A DNA stretch of 64,000 nucleotides from Octopus bimaculoides (GCF_001194135.2 NC_068982.1:44715493-44779492); one strand, 5' to 3'. Counted from the first letter of the stretch, positions 11,557 through 23,569 are shown. Made by a program: numbers and translations. Notes: generated by a model from the letters alone, not told the origin.

Positions 11557-11945
11557 GGCGCAGGAGTGGCTGTGTGGTAAGTAGCTTGCTTACCAACCAC
11601 ATGGTTCCGGGTTCAGTCCTACTGCGTGGCACCTTGGGCAAGTGTCTTCTACTATAGCCTCGGGCCAACCAAAGTCTTGTGAGTGGATTTGGTAGACGGA
11701 AACTGAAAGAAGCCCGTCGTATATATGCATACGTGTCTGTGTCTGTGTTTGTCCCCCCACCATCGCTTGACAACCGATGGTGGTGTGTTTACGTCCCCGT
11801 AACTTAGCGGTTCGGCAAAAAGAGACCGATAGAATAAGTACTAGGCTTATAAAGAATAAGTCTTGGGGTCGATTTTCTCGACTAAAGGCGGTGCTCCAGC
11901 ATGGCCGCAGTCAAATGACTGAAACAAGTAAAAGAGTAAAAGAGA
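11557..11945 (+). mobile_element. Family A SINE, full-length young copy
   Basis: Pol III A/B-box-like head (GGAGTGGCTGTGTGGTAAG; GGTTCAGTCC), internal TA/TG tract, tail ending in AGTAAAAG repeats; near-identical to 42222-42671 and 52942-53370. Confidence 0.92.
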
Positions 11946-12398
11946 GATTAGTCGTCGTATCCAGAAATCAACAGGCCTGATCACCCGTTGATGGATAGCT
12001 TTGACTTCTAAAGTCAAGTAAGTGAGACAAGCGCCTGACGATGGAAGTATTGATTTATTATGGTAAGCCAACATTTTGTGAGTACAGTATAAGTTGATTT
12101 ATATTTTGTTTTAACAATTATGAATATGCCAAAACATTTATTGAAGATAATTAATGATGCTTGTAATGTGAAAAAGAATAAAATGAAAATATTCAGCTTT
12201 TGAATATGGTTGTTAGCTTCCTAAAACACTCCTCGGCGGTTTATTTAAAGACCATAACAAATAATTGATAAATCTTTAAGGTGACTGTCACCAACAGATA
12301 TGACAGATTTCGAAGAAGAAAAAAGACAAACGAGCCATTACTAACTTTCAACAAATGACTAACTTTACCAGCTGTTTTTAAGTATGTAACCAGACACA

Positions 12399-12434
<36 letters not shown>

Positions 12435-12754
12435 CCATCACTAATGTGCCTTACTCACCAAATCTGGCACTTTGTTGACTAGAACAGCAACCTTCAGGAA
12501 TTCTCTATCCGAGTACTTTATTTTTATTTTTATTTATTTATTTTTTGAAAACGCCTAAGTTCAAACTAAACAGCAGTTGGATCTGTTACATGGATCAATT
12601 ATTTCCAACGTCTTCCCATGTCGAGATCAGCTCCACCACCTCTTCTCTTACTAACCAATATAAAATAAAAGAGAGATCACAAACATTTATCGTAAAATTT
12701 TACCAGACTAGTTGTTTCATTCAAAAAAAAATTTTAATAAACATCTGTTATTTG

Positions 12755-12960
12755 TTTCAATCAATGAGATGCACCCATGCTGGGGTACTGCATCTAATGG
12801 TCTAGTTGAACAAATCGACCCCAGTACTTACTTTTTTTAAAAACCTGGTATTTATTCTAGCGTTGTCTTTTTGCCGAGGCGCTAAGTTACTGAGAATTAA
12901 ATAAACCAACACCGGATGTCATGCGGTTTTGTGGGACAAACACAAAAACTGACATACACA
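12755..12960 (-). mobile_element. Family A-related SINE 3' half
   Basis: TTGTTTCA..CCATGCTGGGGTACTGC..AATCGACCCCAGTACTTAC..TTTTGCCGA..GCTAAGTTAC. Confidence 0.7.
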
Positions 12961-13199
12961 TATATACTGTGTATATATAACTCGAAGTCTGCCTTCGACT
13001 TTTTCTGTCCAAAAGTCTTTTAAATCCATTATTCCCACGCTATTATTTCTATTATCTATAGCTTGTCTACTTTGAGATTTCCCGATAAAAACGAATTATT
13101 TCATGTTCTCTCGAAGTTTCTAAATTGTTATGACATATGTATGCGTGTGTGTGTATGTATGTATGTATGTATGTATGTATGTATGTATGTATGTATGTA

Positions 13200-13244
<45 letters not shown>

Positions 13245-13370
13245 CAAAAATTTAGATTCAGATGAATTAGGTACTTAAGTTAAGGCACCAGAATTCAGTA
13301 CGGTATTATCCATACAATTTCAAAATAAGGTGAATAAAATCAAAATAAGCAACAAGGATATCAAGAGGTA

Positions 13371-13458
13371 ATGCAGTACGATCGTTCCAAGCAACTCCAT
13401 TTAATTGAACAATGCAATCATTACATCGATTTAAATGCAGAGCAATCCTCAGCTGTAT
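13371..13458 (-). ncRNA. Type I hammerhead-like motif with long stem II, GGAAC core variant
   Basis: ATACAG-CTGAGGA-(~58-nt hairpin-forming insert)-GGAAC-GATC-GTA-CTGCAT; stem I 5 of 6 pairs; ACGATCGT palindrome. Confidence 0.6.
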
Positions 13459-14470
13459 AAAGACATAGAATTAAATTAAATTATAACAGATGGACACATT
13501 AGTATAATTTCTCCTAAAATCTCGAAGGAGGTAAGGAGATACACAAAGAACATGCTGTCTTTACTTCAGCTGAGAAGCTACTAAAGTATCAGGAAGAAAG
13601 ACCTGTTAGAGTTCCAGCTTGTCACTGTTTTCTGGGATCAGTTTTAATTTATAGACTTGTTTATTAAATCTTTGTATATCAGAATCTAAGGTCAAAAAGC
13701 AAGGAGCAATATATGTCAGAAAGGGGGCCGAGGGAGTCGACAGAAATCATAGTGGGTATGGTCATAAAACTATCAAGTTTTATATATACATACACGTGTG
13801 TGTGCGCGCGCACTACAAGCTTGCGTACAGTTTGCGTCCACTCAATTCATTCACAATGCATTGATTGGCCCGCGGATATAGTAGGTATTACTTGCCCAAG
13901 ATGCCGCGCATTGGGACTGAACCTGAAGCCACATGGCTTGAAGCTAACTTCTTCACGACCCATCCATACTTGTAGCTTCCACAGGTTTCTCCAAATATGT
14001 CTAGTCACTAGATAAATAGGAAGACCATAGTTTATACTCGGAACAAGATTTTGTTTCCTAAATACAATATAAACATCCGGATCATTGCGCGTGCGCCGAT
14101 GCACGAAAGTATGCACTATTTCTGTAACATTATTCATATTTAATATCAGACTGTAAACTTCCAAGATACTCCAGAATCTGTAACTTGCTGAATAAACGGA
14201 AGTGGTTTTACATTACTTGTACGTTGAGCAGAATTTGCCAATTATGTCCCTGTTAGATTGTTTCCTTTATATAAAGTGCTACTATACATACCTATTCTAG
14301 AAACCGTTGTTGCATAATAATTTTCATCACATATATTTAAAGATTCGCGACAATATATCTCATAAATCTGTGAAAGCTTCGTAAAGATATTATCAATTTT
14401 GAGAGATTTGCTTATCGACATCTTACCGAAAGCGTAAAATATTCCATCGAGTGGAATTTAGCACATTTCA

Positions 14471-14568
14471 CTATCTCATATCTTCGTGTAACGATTCAGA
14501 TAGACTTTGTAAGTCTGCTAAGGGAACAAACCAGTTCTCAAGCATTTCAGCGAAGCTGTATAAATCGT
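14471..14568 (-). CDS. Candidate terminal coding exon of an unidentified antisense gene (speculative)
   Basis: Acceptor TTTTGCCACCACTCTGTACGTTGCAG; phase-1 reading DLYSFAEMLENWFVPLADLQSLSESLHEDMR*; followed by ~450 nt of non-repetitive AT-rich sequence with ATTAAA. No homology recognised. Confidence 0.2.
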
Positions 14569-15626
14569 CTGCAACGTACAGAGTGGTGGCAAAAGTTAAT
14601 GGTAGACAACGTATTTGTGCGTAAATGTGCATGAATATGAATTGGAGAGGGAGAGAGAGGCGGGATGATAAGACAAGATGATAAACTAACAGGCAGATGC
14701 TAACCAGACCACCAGAGTATCAGAATATACAGAAGTAATGAATAAAGTTTCTAACATTGATCATAAAAAAATAATAATGAAATACAAAAAATAAATGTAG
14801 AACAAATGTATATAAATACACAGCAACAAAAAGGATGTTATAAAACTAGGCCAAGAAAGAACGAAATACCAAAACACGTCTTAGGCACCTCAAATAAGAA
14901 AAAAATTGCAATAAAATAAGACGAAAAAATGTATACAAAATTATATAATTTGATGCGTTATCATTAGAATTGTCACTAAGCTGGGGCCTCAGCCAGGAAA
15001 TGTCATTTAATGTGGAGCATTAGGTGTAGTGATTAGGTGAGTGTGAAGGTGGGGATGATGTAAAAATATAGGCTAGAAAAAAATAATTTGAGGTCGAGAA
15101 TAACAAAGTTAATAAATCCTTCAGTCGGTCTATATTGTATATAACACAATTGGGAATATAGCCCCTTGTGGGTAGTAAAGAAATAACAATTGGGAATATA
15201 GGATATATGTCGGTTCACTAAAATGGATAAAGCTTAAATGTGAGTAAATATAATTTATATAACAGGAGCACAGAAGAGAGAGGGGGAGGAAAGGAGAGAG
15301 AGAGAGGGAGTGAGATAGAGAGACAGACAAACAGGCTGGCAGGCTGGCAGGCAGACTGAGGAAGAGAAGGGTGAAAAGTAAGCACGAGATTGCATATTTT
15401 AGCAATGTGTGAAAAAGAGAGTGAGCTGAACAATGTATACTGTCTCTGCTGAAACAGATATTTCGTCACTGTAACCTCCATCAACATTACCACTACCACC
15501 ACGATCACCACCGTCATTAACATTATCATCATTCTCCCTACTGCAGATGATGAGGAGGAGAAGGTGGAAATAAAGAAGGATTGATAAGGGAAGAATTTGG
15601 CAGGAATCGTTTAATAATTGTACAAA

Positions 15627-15830
15627 GGTGCGGGCGTGATTGTGCGATAAGAAGCTTACTTCCCAACCACATGGCTAGGGTTTCAGTCCCCCTACATGAC
15701 ACATTGGACAAATGTTTTCTACTATAGCCTCGGGTCGACGAAAGTCTTGAGAGTGGATTTCATAGACAGAAGCTTAGGGATGCCCATTGTATATATGTAT
15801 ATCTATGTGTGTATCTTTCTGTCTGTGTTT
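15627..15830 (+). mobile_element. Family A SINE 5' half, diverged
   Basis: AACCACATGGCTAGGGTTTCAGTCCC..CTACTATAGCCTCGGGTCGAC. Confidence 0.75.
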
Positions 15831-16068
15831 GATACAAGTGAATTAATATAGTACAGTGCGGGGTACTACTAAACTAGCCTAGCGTCCGAAAGAATTTGAA
15901 GTTCCTGCTCGTAAATTAATACTGAACATCAGAGGTTCCCGACCACCATTGTCCAGAAGGTCAGTTTTGTACTTGTACATATAAATGCAAACAGTGGTTT
16001 GTTTTGTTATCCTTTGCTCAATCTTTTACTTGTTTTAGTCATTTGACTACGGTCATGCTGGAGCACCA

Positions 16069-16102
<34 letters not shown>

Positions 16103-17327
16103 NNNNNNNNNNNNNNNNNNNNNNNNNNNNNNNNNNNNNNNNNNNNNNNNNNNNNNNNNNNNNNNNNNNNNNNNNNNNNNNNNNNNNNNNNNNNNNNNNN
16201 NNNNNNNNNNNNNNNNNNNNNNNNNNNNNNNNNNNNNNNNNNNNNNNNNNNNNNNNNNNNNNNNNNNNNNNNNNNNNNNNNNNNNNNNNNNNNNNNNNNN
16301 NNNNNNNNNNNNNNNNNNNNNNNNNNNNNNNNNNNNNNNNNNNNNNNNNNNNNNNNNNNNNNNNNNNNNNNNNNNNNNNNNNNNNNNNNNNNNNNNNNNN
16401 NNNNNNNNNNNNNNNNNNNNNNNNNNNNNNNNNNNNNNNNNNNNNNNNNNNNNNNNNNNNNNNNNNNNNNNNNNNNNNNNNNNNNNNNNNNNNNNNNNNN
16501 NNNNNNNNNNNNNNNNNNNNNNNNNNNNNNNNNNNNNNNNNNNNNNNNNNNNNNNNNNNNNNNNNNNNNNNNNNNNNNNNNNNNNNNNNNNNNNNNNNNN
16601 NNNNNNNNNNNNNNNNNNNNNNNNNNNNNNNNNNNNNNNNNNNNNNNNNNNNNNNNNNNNNNNNNNNNNNNNNNNNNNNNNNNNNNNNNNNNNNNNNNNN
16701 NNNNNNNNNNNNNNNNNNNNNNNNNNNNNNNNNNNNNNNNNNNNNNNNNNNNNNNNNNNNNNNNNNNNNNNNNNNNNNNNNNNNNNNNNNNNNNNNNNNN
16801 NNNNNNNNNNNNNNNNNNNNNNNNNNNNNNNNNNNNNNNNNNNNNNNNNNNNNNNNNNNNNNNNNNNNNNNNNNNNNNNNNNNNNNNNNNNNNNNNNNNN
16901 NNNNNNNNNNNNNNNNNNNNNNNNNNNNNNNNNNNNNNNNNNNNNNNNNNNNNNNNNNNNNNNNNNNNNNNNNNNNNNNNNNNNNNNNNNNNNNNNNNNN
17001 NNNNNNNNNNNNNNNNNNNNNNNNNNNNNTATATTCTTATAACGTTCCAGCTGACTGGAACGAGAATACACTGATTGTTATTGTATTTCGTCATTGGAAA
17101 ATAACCTCTCAGTTCAGTGGAATGAGTTTCCATAACACGCACGATTCATTAACGTAAGAAACTTTGGAACAGCAAATCTTTCGACATTGTTGTCACACCT
17201 AAGCCAAGACTACTATGGAGTAATGAATTTAACAAGCGTTTGGAGCACTTGCTTATAACTTCAGCAAACTATTTGCTGATGCGTGCTAATGCTTGCTATT
17301 GTCTGCCAACCGACAATACATCATCCT

Positions 17328-17362
17328 CTGAAGAGTGGTCTTAATCTACGAAAGCATGCGTA
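17328..17362 (+). ncRNA. Decayed minimal hammerhead-like motif
   Basis: CTGAAGA-GTGG/TCTTAAT/CTAC-GAAA-GCATGC-GTA; stem II 4 bp; C15.2 apparently deleted; stem I not formed. Confidence 0.4.
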
Positions 17363-17791
17363 TACTGTGTCCTAGTTTCATTAAAAGAAACTTTCTATCA
17401 ACTGCCAACCTAGCCTTTACTTCCAATGTCTAAAATGCAATGAAAACCGCCAGAAAATATGAAAGCTCTTCTTTTACTTCTTTGGGAATCTTTAGCTTCT
17501 CAGTGACCATTGATGACTGTTTCTTTAGAGCCACACCTGCTCACCTAAATCACGCAACTCTAGTTGAATTAATACTAAGGTGTTTTCAACGTTACTATTC
17601 TCTTGCATCCGAAATATCATTATCTGTGCGATCACATTTATGTACTTAGATACATCTATAATACTCCGACATAATGCTACAACATATAATCCTAAGTACA
17701 TTATCTATCTCATTCATTTCAGCGAAACATACTCATACACACATATATATATATGTACGTATGCATGTATGCATCCGTGTATGTATATGTA

Positions 17792-17828
<37 letters not shown>

Positions 17829-17908
17829 GAAAGTGTGTGTGTGTGTGTGTGTGTAAGTGTGTGAATTTGTGCGTGTGTGAATATATATATATATATATAT
17901 ATATATCA

Positions 17909-17945
<37 letters not shown>

Positions 17946-18227
17946 GTATGTATATCAGTTGAATGAAGTTAAAACATGGTTTGGTTTTCACGTTTTTTTA
18001 TTATGGTATTTTAAACATTAAACTATATATATCTTTTAAGTTAGTTTACGGGAAACGTTTTTGAATATCCATATAAAAGCTCCTATTTTATTATGCCGGC
18101 TACTGCCTAACGATACCAACTTATAACAGCAAATTTATGAGGTTCTACCGAGCTGTGCCGATATAACGTAGGACAAATATAGTAATAATGATAATAATCC
18201 ATGGATAGAATTTATAAATATTCTAAT

Positions 18228-18365
18228 GCATCGCTACGCGCGTTTCCACATATCCCGGTTCTTACCACCATAGTCCGTATTCCTGGTATGACTACAGTTC
18301 AATCCGTAATATCCAGAGACATCCTGAGGGTCTTAATTTATCCTTTCATTTCTTCAGATGATATG
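18228..18365 (-). ncRNA. Decayed hammerhead-like motif with ~100-nt stem II insert
   Basis: ATATCAT-CTGAAGA(18351-18357) ... GAAAC-GCGC-GTA-GCGATGC; ACGCGCGT palindrome; stem I partly lost in a pattern consistent with CpG decay. Confidence 0.4.
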
Positions 18366-18488
18366 GTATATACGCACATATATATACTCTGTATATATAC
18401 ACATATATGTGCTCTGTATTTTTTTCGCATTGGCTCTCTATGAGCACTTCATAAATAGCTCATACATTTTAAATCATACTTAACATAT

Positions 18489-18521
<33 letters not shown>

Positions 18522-18546
18522 GTATAACAAATGATGGATAGGTGCA

Positions 18547-18636
18547 AATTCATTACAGCTGTTCCAACGAATTTTTTAATTGATTAATGAGTACATTATA
18601 TCATTATTAAAAAAACCCCAGTTTTCTTCAGATGAA
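18547..18636 (-). ncRNA. Hammerhead-like motif, left arm (GGAAC variant, GUA triplet)
   Basis: TTCAT-CTGAAGA-(long AT-rich insert)-GGAAC-AGCT-GTA-ATGAA. Confidence 0.55.
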
Positions 18637-18767
18637 AACACGAATTTTAAACTTTTAATCCCCGGCATGTACATATTTAGTGATTTCGCAACGATAATGG
18701 AATCACTAAATATGCACACGCTGAGGATTTAAAAGTTATTTAAATGATCTTAATTGTATAATTCGTG

Positions 18768-18856
18768 AATTCATCTGAGGAAAATGGGGTTTTTATAATG
18801 ATATAATGTATTGATTAATCAATTAAAATCTTCGTTGGAAACAGCTATAATGAATT
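18768..18856 (+). ncRNA. Hammerhead-like motif, right arm (intact CUGAGGA/GAAAC, AUA triplet)
   Basis: AATTCAT-CTGAGGA(18775-18781)-(long insert)-GAAAC(18838-18842)-AGCT-ATA-ATGAATT; perfect 7-bp stem I. Confidence 0.6.
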
Positions 18857-19245
18857 GACACCTATCCATCGTTTGTTATTTATTTATTTATGATTCACCT
18901 CTCTCGGAACCTGCTCCTCGAGTGTTCCGTATATTTAATATAATGTGCGTTTCTGAATTAGCCCAAGGACTGATGATGTACTTAGTTGGGTTCAATTAAT
19001 TGTATACATAACCTGAATATCCTTCTGTCAGTACATCTGTACCAATGTTGGTATTCGGCTATAATTTCTGTGTATACATTTTAATTCTGACTCAACCGGG
19101 GCTTTACCATTTAAGTGCCTTATTTACCTGAATCATGATATACTACATATATATCGTCAGTAGTTCACATATGCGATAAAGAAGCACGCTCTAAAACATT
19201 AGAGCAGTAATTTATTTAGAAGGTTATTTGTTATAGCTGGTCAGA

Positions 19246-19305
19246 GAGTGACCATTGGTTTCACACTTATAAGGTGCTGAGTTATATAGACGACACATCA
19301 GACTC
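19246..19305 (-). ncRNA. Hammerhead-like motif in the 3' pLTR of the adjacent Penelope remnant (A9U variant)
   Basis: GAGT-CTGATGT-...GCAC/CTTATAA/GTGT-GAAAC-CAATG-GTC-ACTC; perfect 4-bp stem I, GUC triplet. Confidence 0.55.
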
Positions 19306-19479
19306 AAATGGCCGGAAGCGCATAACCTCTCCACAACTGGAGAGAGGAAAACGTTATAGTAAGTTAGTTTTGTAAGCAAAAAATACCCGGAACAAAATCC
19401 TAGTAGTAAACCTTCGGGTGGGGCGGGATTATCTTCCTTATACCGGTTCGAGCTGTGTCCGTAACGATTTTCGAAGCTG

Positions 19480-19810
19480 GCGGTGTATTCCTATTCGCAA
19501 ATTAGGAATTCCAAGTTTGCAACAGGAAATTCCTTTGATGTGGGCATTGGCTAAACACTTTTCTGGAGTTTAAAAGAGTCCTTGATCAAGGGAGTTTTTC
19601 AGGATCCTTGCGCTCTCGGCCAAGCAAATCTTATATCGTTTATTCTGTTGACGTATGACCCCGGTTGTTCTAAAAGCCTTCACTTAATAATATACTGCGC
19701 GCTCTCCTTTTAAATGCCATACGTAGTTGGCCAAGGACGTGATGTTACACTTCCCCGGCGTCCTAAAGGAAGACTTGTGGTTACTCAGACGCTGCTTAAA
19801 GTCTGTGATG
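19480..19810 (-). pseudogene. Penelope-like element GIY-YIG endonuclease C-terminal remnant (frameshifted)
   Basis: Minus-strand pieces TDFKQRLSNHKSSFRTPGKCNITSLANYVWHLK, NKRYKICLAESARIL and LNSRKVFSQCPHQRNFLL match the recalled PLE pattern FKxRxxNHKSSF...LSxYxWxLK...CxLCLxE...LNSRxELxSxCxH. Confidence 0.85.
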
Positions 19811-20451
19811 TTTTGACTGTTCTTTCTAGTAACCTGAGCGACGACATTTGAGGCTTTCCTGGTAAGAATCTGAAAAAAGCTTTATGAAAGATGCAGGATC
19901 TGCCTCGTTGTTGTCATAGTTTATGCTTCATGTAACGTTAGTATAAACGTTTTCGAATCAAATAGGGATAACTTCTATCTTTGACAGCTTATAAGACACA
20001 CTTTAATTTTCATAGTCCTTTTCTTGAGCCGCAATTTGCCAGTAACCTAAACCTTGATCATATGTTTATAAGATGCAAACAGATTTTCTTCAATATCATT
20101 TTGGAAATATAAACTGTTCCTTAAAAGCCGTTAAATAAAGTTATCACCACAATTCACTGCTGCCTGCTCACTGATTCCCATTCGGCGCCGATCCAGTTCA
20201 TCGCTAAACCAAATCTTCACTCACCAACTTATCGCTTGAACTAAACTTACAAACTGTTGGCTTGTTTCTCTCCTATTCCACGTAGAGCCCCTGATTTGTT
20301 CATTTTACTTATTATTTCATTTTCGTCTTTTAAGTTGCGAATATATTAATTCCACAGTCTCCCCTTCTGTTAGGAAAAGAGAGACTCATCCGCAATTTCC
20401 GTATCTACTTAACCTGCCTATGTAATTGTTTTCGAGCCAATTTATCGTAAG

Positions 20452-20590
20452 CTGTGTGGTAAGAAGTTTGCTTCCCAACCACATGGTTCCGGGTTCAGTT
20501 CCACTGTTTTACATCTATAGCCTCGGGTCGACCAAAGCCTTGTGAGTGGATTTGGTAGACGGAAACTTAAAGAAACTCGTCGTATATGTG
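20452..20590 (+). mobile_element. Family A SINE head with internal deletion, running into a triplet microsatellite
   Basis: GCTGTGTGGTAAGAAG..AACCACATGGTTCCGGGTTCAGTTCC..GGTAGACGGAAAC. Confidence 0.8.
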
Positions 20591-20601
20591 TGTGCGTCTG
20601 T

Positions 20602-20728
20602 GTAGTAGTAGTAGTAGTAGTAGTAGCAGCAGCAGCAGCAGCAGTAGCAGCAGTAGTACTAGTAGTAGTAGTAGTAGCAGCAGCAGCAACAGTAGTAGTA
20701 GTAGTAGTTGTTGTTGTTGTTGTTGTTA
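20602..20728. repeat. Compound trinucleotide microsatellite (GTA)n(GCA)n(GTA)n(GTT)n
   Basis: Seen directly. Confidence 0.95.
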
Positions 20729-20734
20729 ATGATT

Positions 20735-20910
20735 AAGCCTGGCATCAGCCTGATGGGGAAGACCTCATCGAAGCATTCCACCACTATGACCATCCTGTCT
20801 TCCATATTTCTTGTTTTGGGGCATAGTTTAGTGTCTTTCCTTTTTTTTTGGATTATCGTTTGAGGGCGATTTGGCTGTTAATCCCATAATTCTAGCAGGA
20901 AAAGCAACCA
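20735..20910 (+). mobile_element. Dispersed non-coding repeat family F, diverged
   Basis: ATGACCATCC and GATTTGGCTG..TTCTAGCAGG blocks recur at ~32862-32945, ~44330-44530, ~45365-45490, ~61365-61570 and inverted at ~21860, ~31690, ~47975, ~63680-63840. No tRNA head or clear TIR seen. Confidence 0.6.
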
Positions 20911-21619
20911 CCTTCGTTGGTCTTGATATTAGTACTTATATGAGTATTTGTGCAAATAAAGGTGTGTGTGTGTGTGCAGAGGTGGAGGTCTTCACTTCTG
21001 ATGAAGGTATAATGGCGCCATTCTAACATATGGTGTTTCGGGAATTTTAAACTGGGTTCTTCAGCAGGCTTTCCTGTCAGTTTCTTTGTTGCCCCTTTGT
21101 GCAATCCTTTCCGTTTCCGATATTATCTCTAACACAACACAAGCTTTTCTCTCAAATTTACACACACACACACACGCACACACACGCACACACGTTCCGC
21201 GCACACACACACGCATGCAGTACGACCGAATTTTAAAGTTGTTCACTTCAAAAGCATGAGTTCCCTGATTCGATCCGACTGCGTGGTCTCGTAGGTAAAT
21301 GGCATTTTCTGTGGCCTCAGATTGACACACACCTTGAGGGTAAAATTGGATATGCGAAAACTGTATGGAAGCGTGTCGGATGTACTTGAATCTCAAAATG
21401 TATACAGCCTCATCATATAAATTCTTCTTGAGAAATATGTTCGTGGTAGACGTGTCTATGAAATAGTCAACCACTCATGCGCATAATGGTACACGTAAAA
21501 ATGCGCATAAGTAAAAGAGTGCACATCACACGCGCGCGCGCACACAAACACATACACACACACACACAAACATACACACACACACACACTCACTCACATA
21601 TATTCACATATATTGAACC

Positions 21620-21765
21620 GTAGCCATGCTGGAGCACCGCCTTGTTGAGTTAGCCGAACAAATCAGCCTCAGTAGTTAAGTCAGGTACCTATTGTATCGG
21701 ACTCTTTTGCCGAACCGCTAGATTACGGGTACGTAAACAAACCAACACCAGTTATCAATCAGTGG
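21620..21765 (-). mobile_element. Family A-related SINE 3' fragment
   Basis: GCCATGCTGGAGCACCGCC ... CTCTTTTGCCGAACCGCTAG..ACGTAAACA. Confidence 0.7.
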
Positions 21766-22350
21766 TGGGGTTGGGGTTTCCAATTGTGATACAAATTACG
21801 ACGTTAATGATGGATCGGGCGCTATTGGTAGAAGATTTCTCATGCTTCTTTCGATGTAGTCCCTGACATCATCGCTCGACCTGCTAGAAATAGCAGTCAA
21901 ATTAATGTGTGTGTGTGTGTGTGTGTGTGTGAAATGCTTGTGACGTATGTGAGAGATGTGCATTTTGCCTAGCATATTCCTTTGTGATATTTACGTAAAG
22001 AAGCTTGTGTATTTATATGCATCTATTTATGTATACTCCTGCATGTTTGCATTCAATAGTCATTCAATAGGTTTCTTGCATAGTTTAGTGATAAAACAGA
22101 GAGCCATTGTATCTCTCCGTAAAGATACACTGAAAGCAGACGACATCAAATTAGAGAGAATGCGTGAGAGAGAGCGGGGGGGGGAAGAAAGAAGAAATAT
22201 GGAAAATGAACAAAGTGAGGAATGAAGGCTAGGTGAGAATTGCATGTATAAGTACAGGGAGGGAGGATAAAATAAAAGAGAGGGGTCGAGATTGAATTAT
22301 TGTAGGGATTCGTCGATAGCAGACGACAGAAAACTAGAGCTAGACACATG

Positions 22351-22393
22351 ACATACATACATACGTACATACATACATACATACATACATACA

Positions 22394-22427
<34 letters not shown>

Positions 22428-22738
22428 CATAGATGATAGGGGTGGGCGCAATGGAAAGGATTTGTCGAGTTAATCAGTGGCACTGTAAGGATTCTTTAGC
22501 TGATGGAAATGTGAAGACAGTAAGAGGAAGGGGTGCTGTTTAGTGGCAATGCAAGGATTCACTAATAGCAGACGACAAAACAGTGTCAGCAGAGAGTGAG
22601 AGGGAGAGGAAAAGGGAGAGGAAAAGGGAGAGAGNNNNNNNNNNAGAGGGAGAGGGAGAGGGAGAGGGAGAGGGAGACAGACAGGCAGGCAGAAACAGAG
22701 AGAGAGAAGAGAAAAAGTAGACTGTCACAGACGCAAAC

Positions 22739-22805
<67 letters not shown>

Positions 22806-23056
22806 CAGATAGATAGCCAGTCAGTGACACTGAAAAGCTAAAGAGAGTGAGAGAGGAAAAAGCGGAGAAAATATGGATAATCGCTGAGAGAAAGCAGGAA
22901 ATGCGAGAAAATTAGTGAGAGAAAGAGAGAGAAAATAAAATAAGAGAGGAATGAATGAAAAAAAAAAAACAATGAAAAAATAGGTCGAAGAGAAACGCAC
23001 ACATACACACATACACACACAATACACACACACATATATATATATAATACATACAT

Positions 23057-23115
<59 letters not shown>
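22351..23115. repeat. Microsatellite cluster: (CATA)n, (GAGAGG)n, (GATA)n, (CA)n
   Basis: Seen directly. Confidence 0.9.
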
Positions 23116-23123
<8 letters not shown>

Positions 23124-23337
23124 ACAGTGAGGAAAGAAGGCAGAAGTCTGACAGAGAGGAAATCAAGAGGTTACAATAATATTTGGTTTTTGTTATCACT
23201 ATCGTATCATCGAAGACTGAGTTTTTGGATGCGTTTGTTCCACATTTCTGATAGTAGATAAAACATCGATTAATCCCCCATACAGGCTTTCTTCGTTCAT
23301 CTGACCACGTAGGTGTCGAAACATCTCACGGTTTATA

Positions 23338-23401
23338 TAATAATAATTATAATAATAATTATAATTATATAATGATGATGATGATAATAATAATAATAAT
23401 G

Positions 23402-23460
<59 letters not shown>
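23338..23460. repeat. (AAT)n/(GAT)n microsatellite
   Basis: Seen directly. Confidence 0.95.
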
Positions 23461-23569
23461 TCCTTCATTTATTTGCCACCAGGGCGAAGTATAAGGAGTT
23501 GGATGAGAGACAACGAATGAAGGAGAAACAACAGGAAAAAAAAATGGAAAGTGTTGGTGGGAAGGCTTG

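Larger units (their letters stand above)
18524..18879. repeat. Fold-back inverted repeat (~165-bp arms, centre ~18693) with a hammerhead motif in each arm
   Basis: ATAACAAATGATGGATAGGTG..AATTCAT pairs with ATGAATT..CACCTATCCATCGTTTGTTAT; inner TTTAGTGATT / AATCACTAAA. Confidence 0.92.

Noticed and set aside
21022-21070. Minus-strand CTGAAGA...GAAAC-ACCATAT-GTT hammerhead-like string
   Set aside because: Neither stem I nor stem II can pair; compatible with chance.
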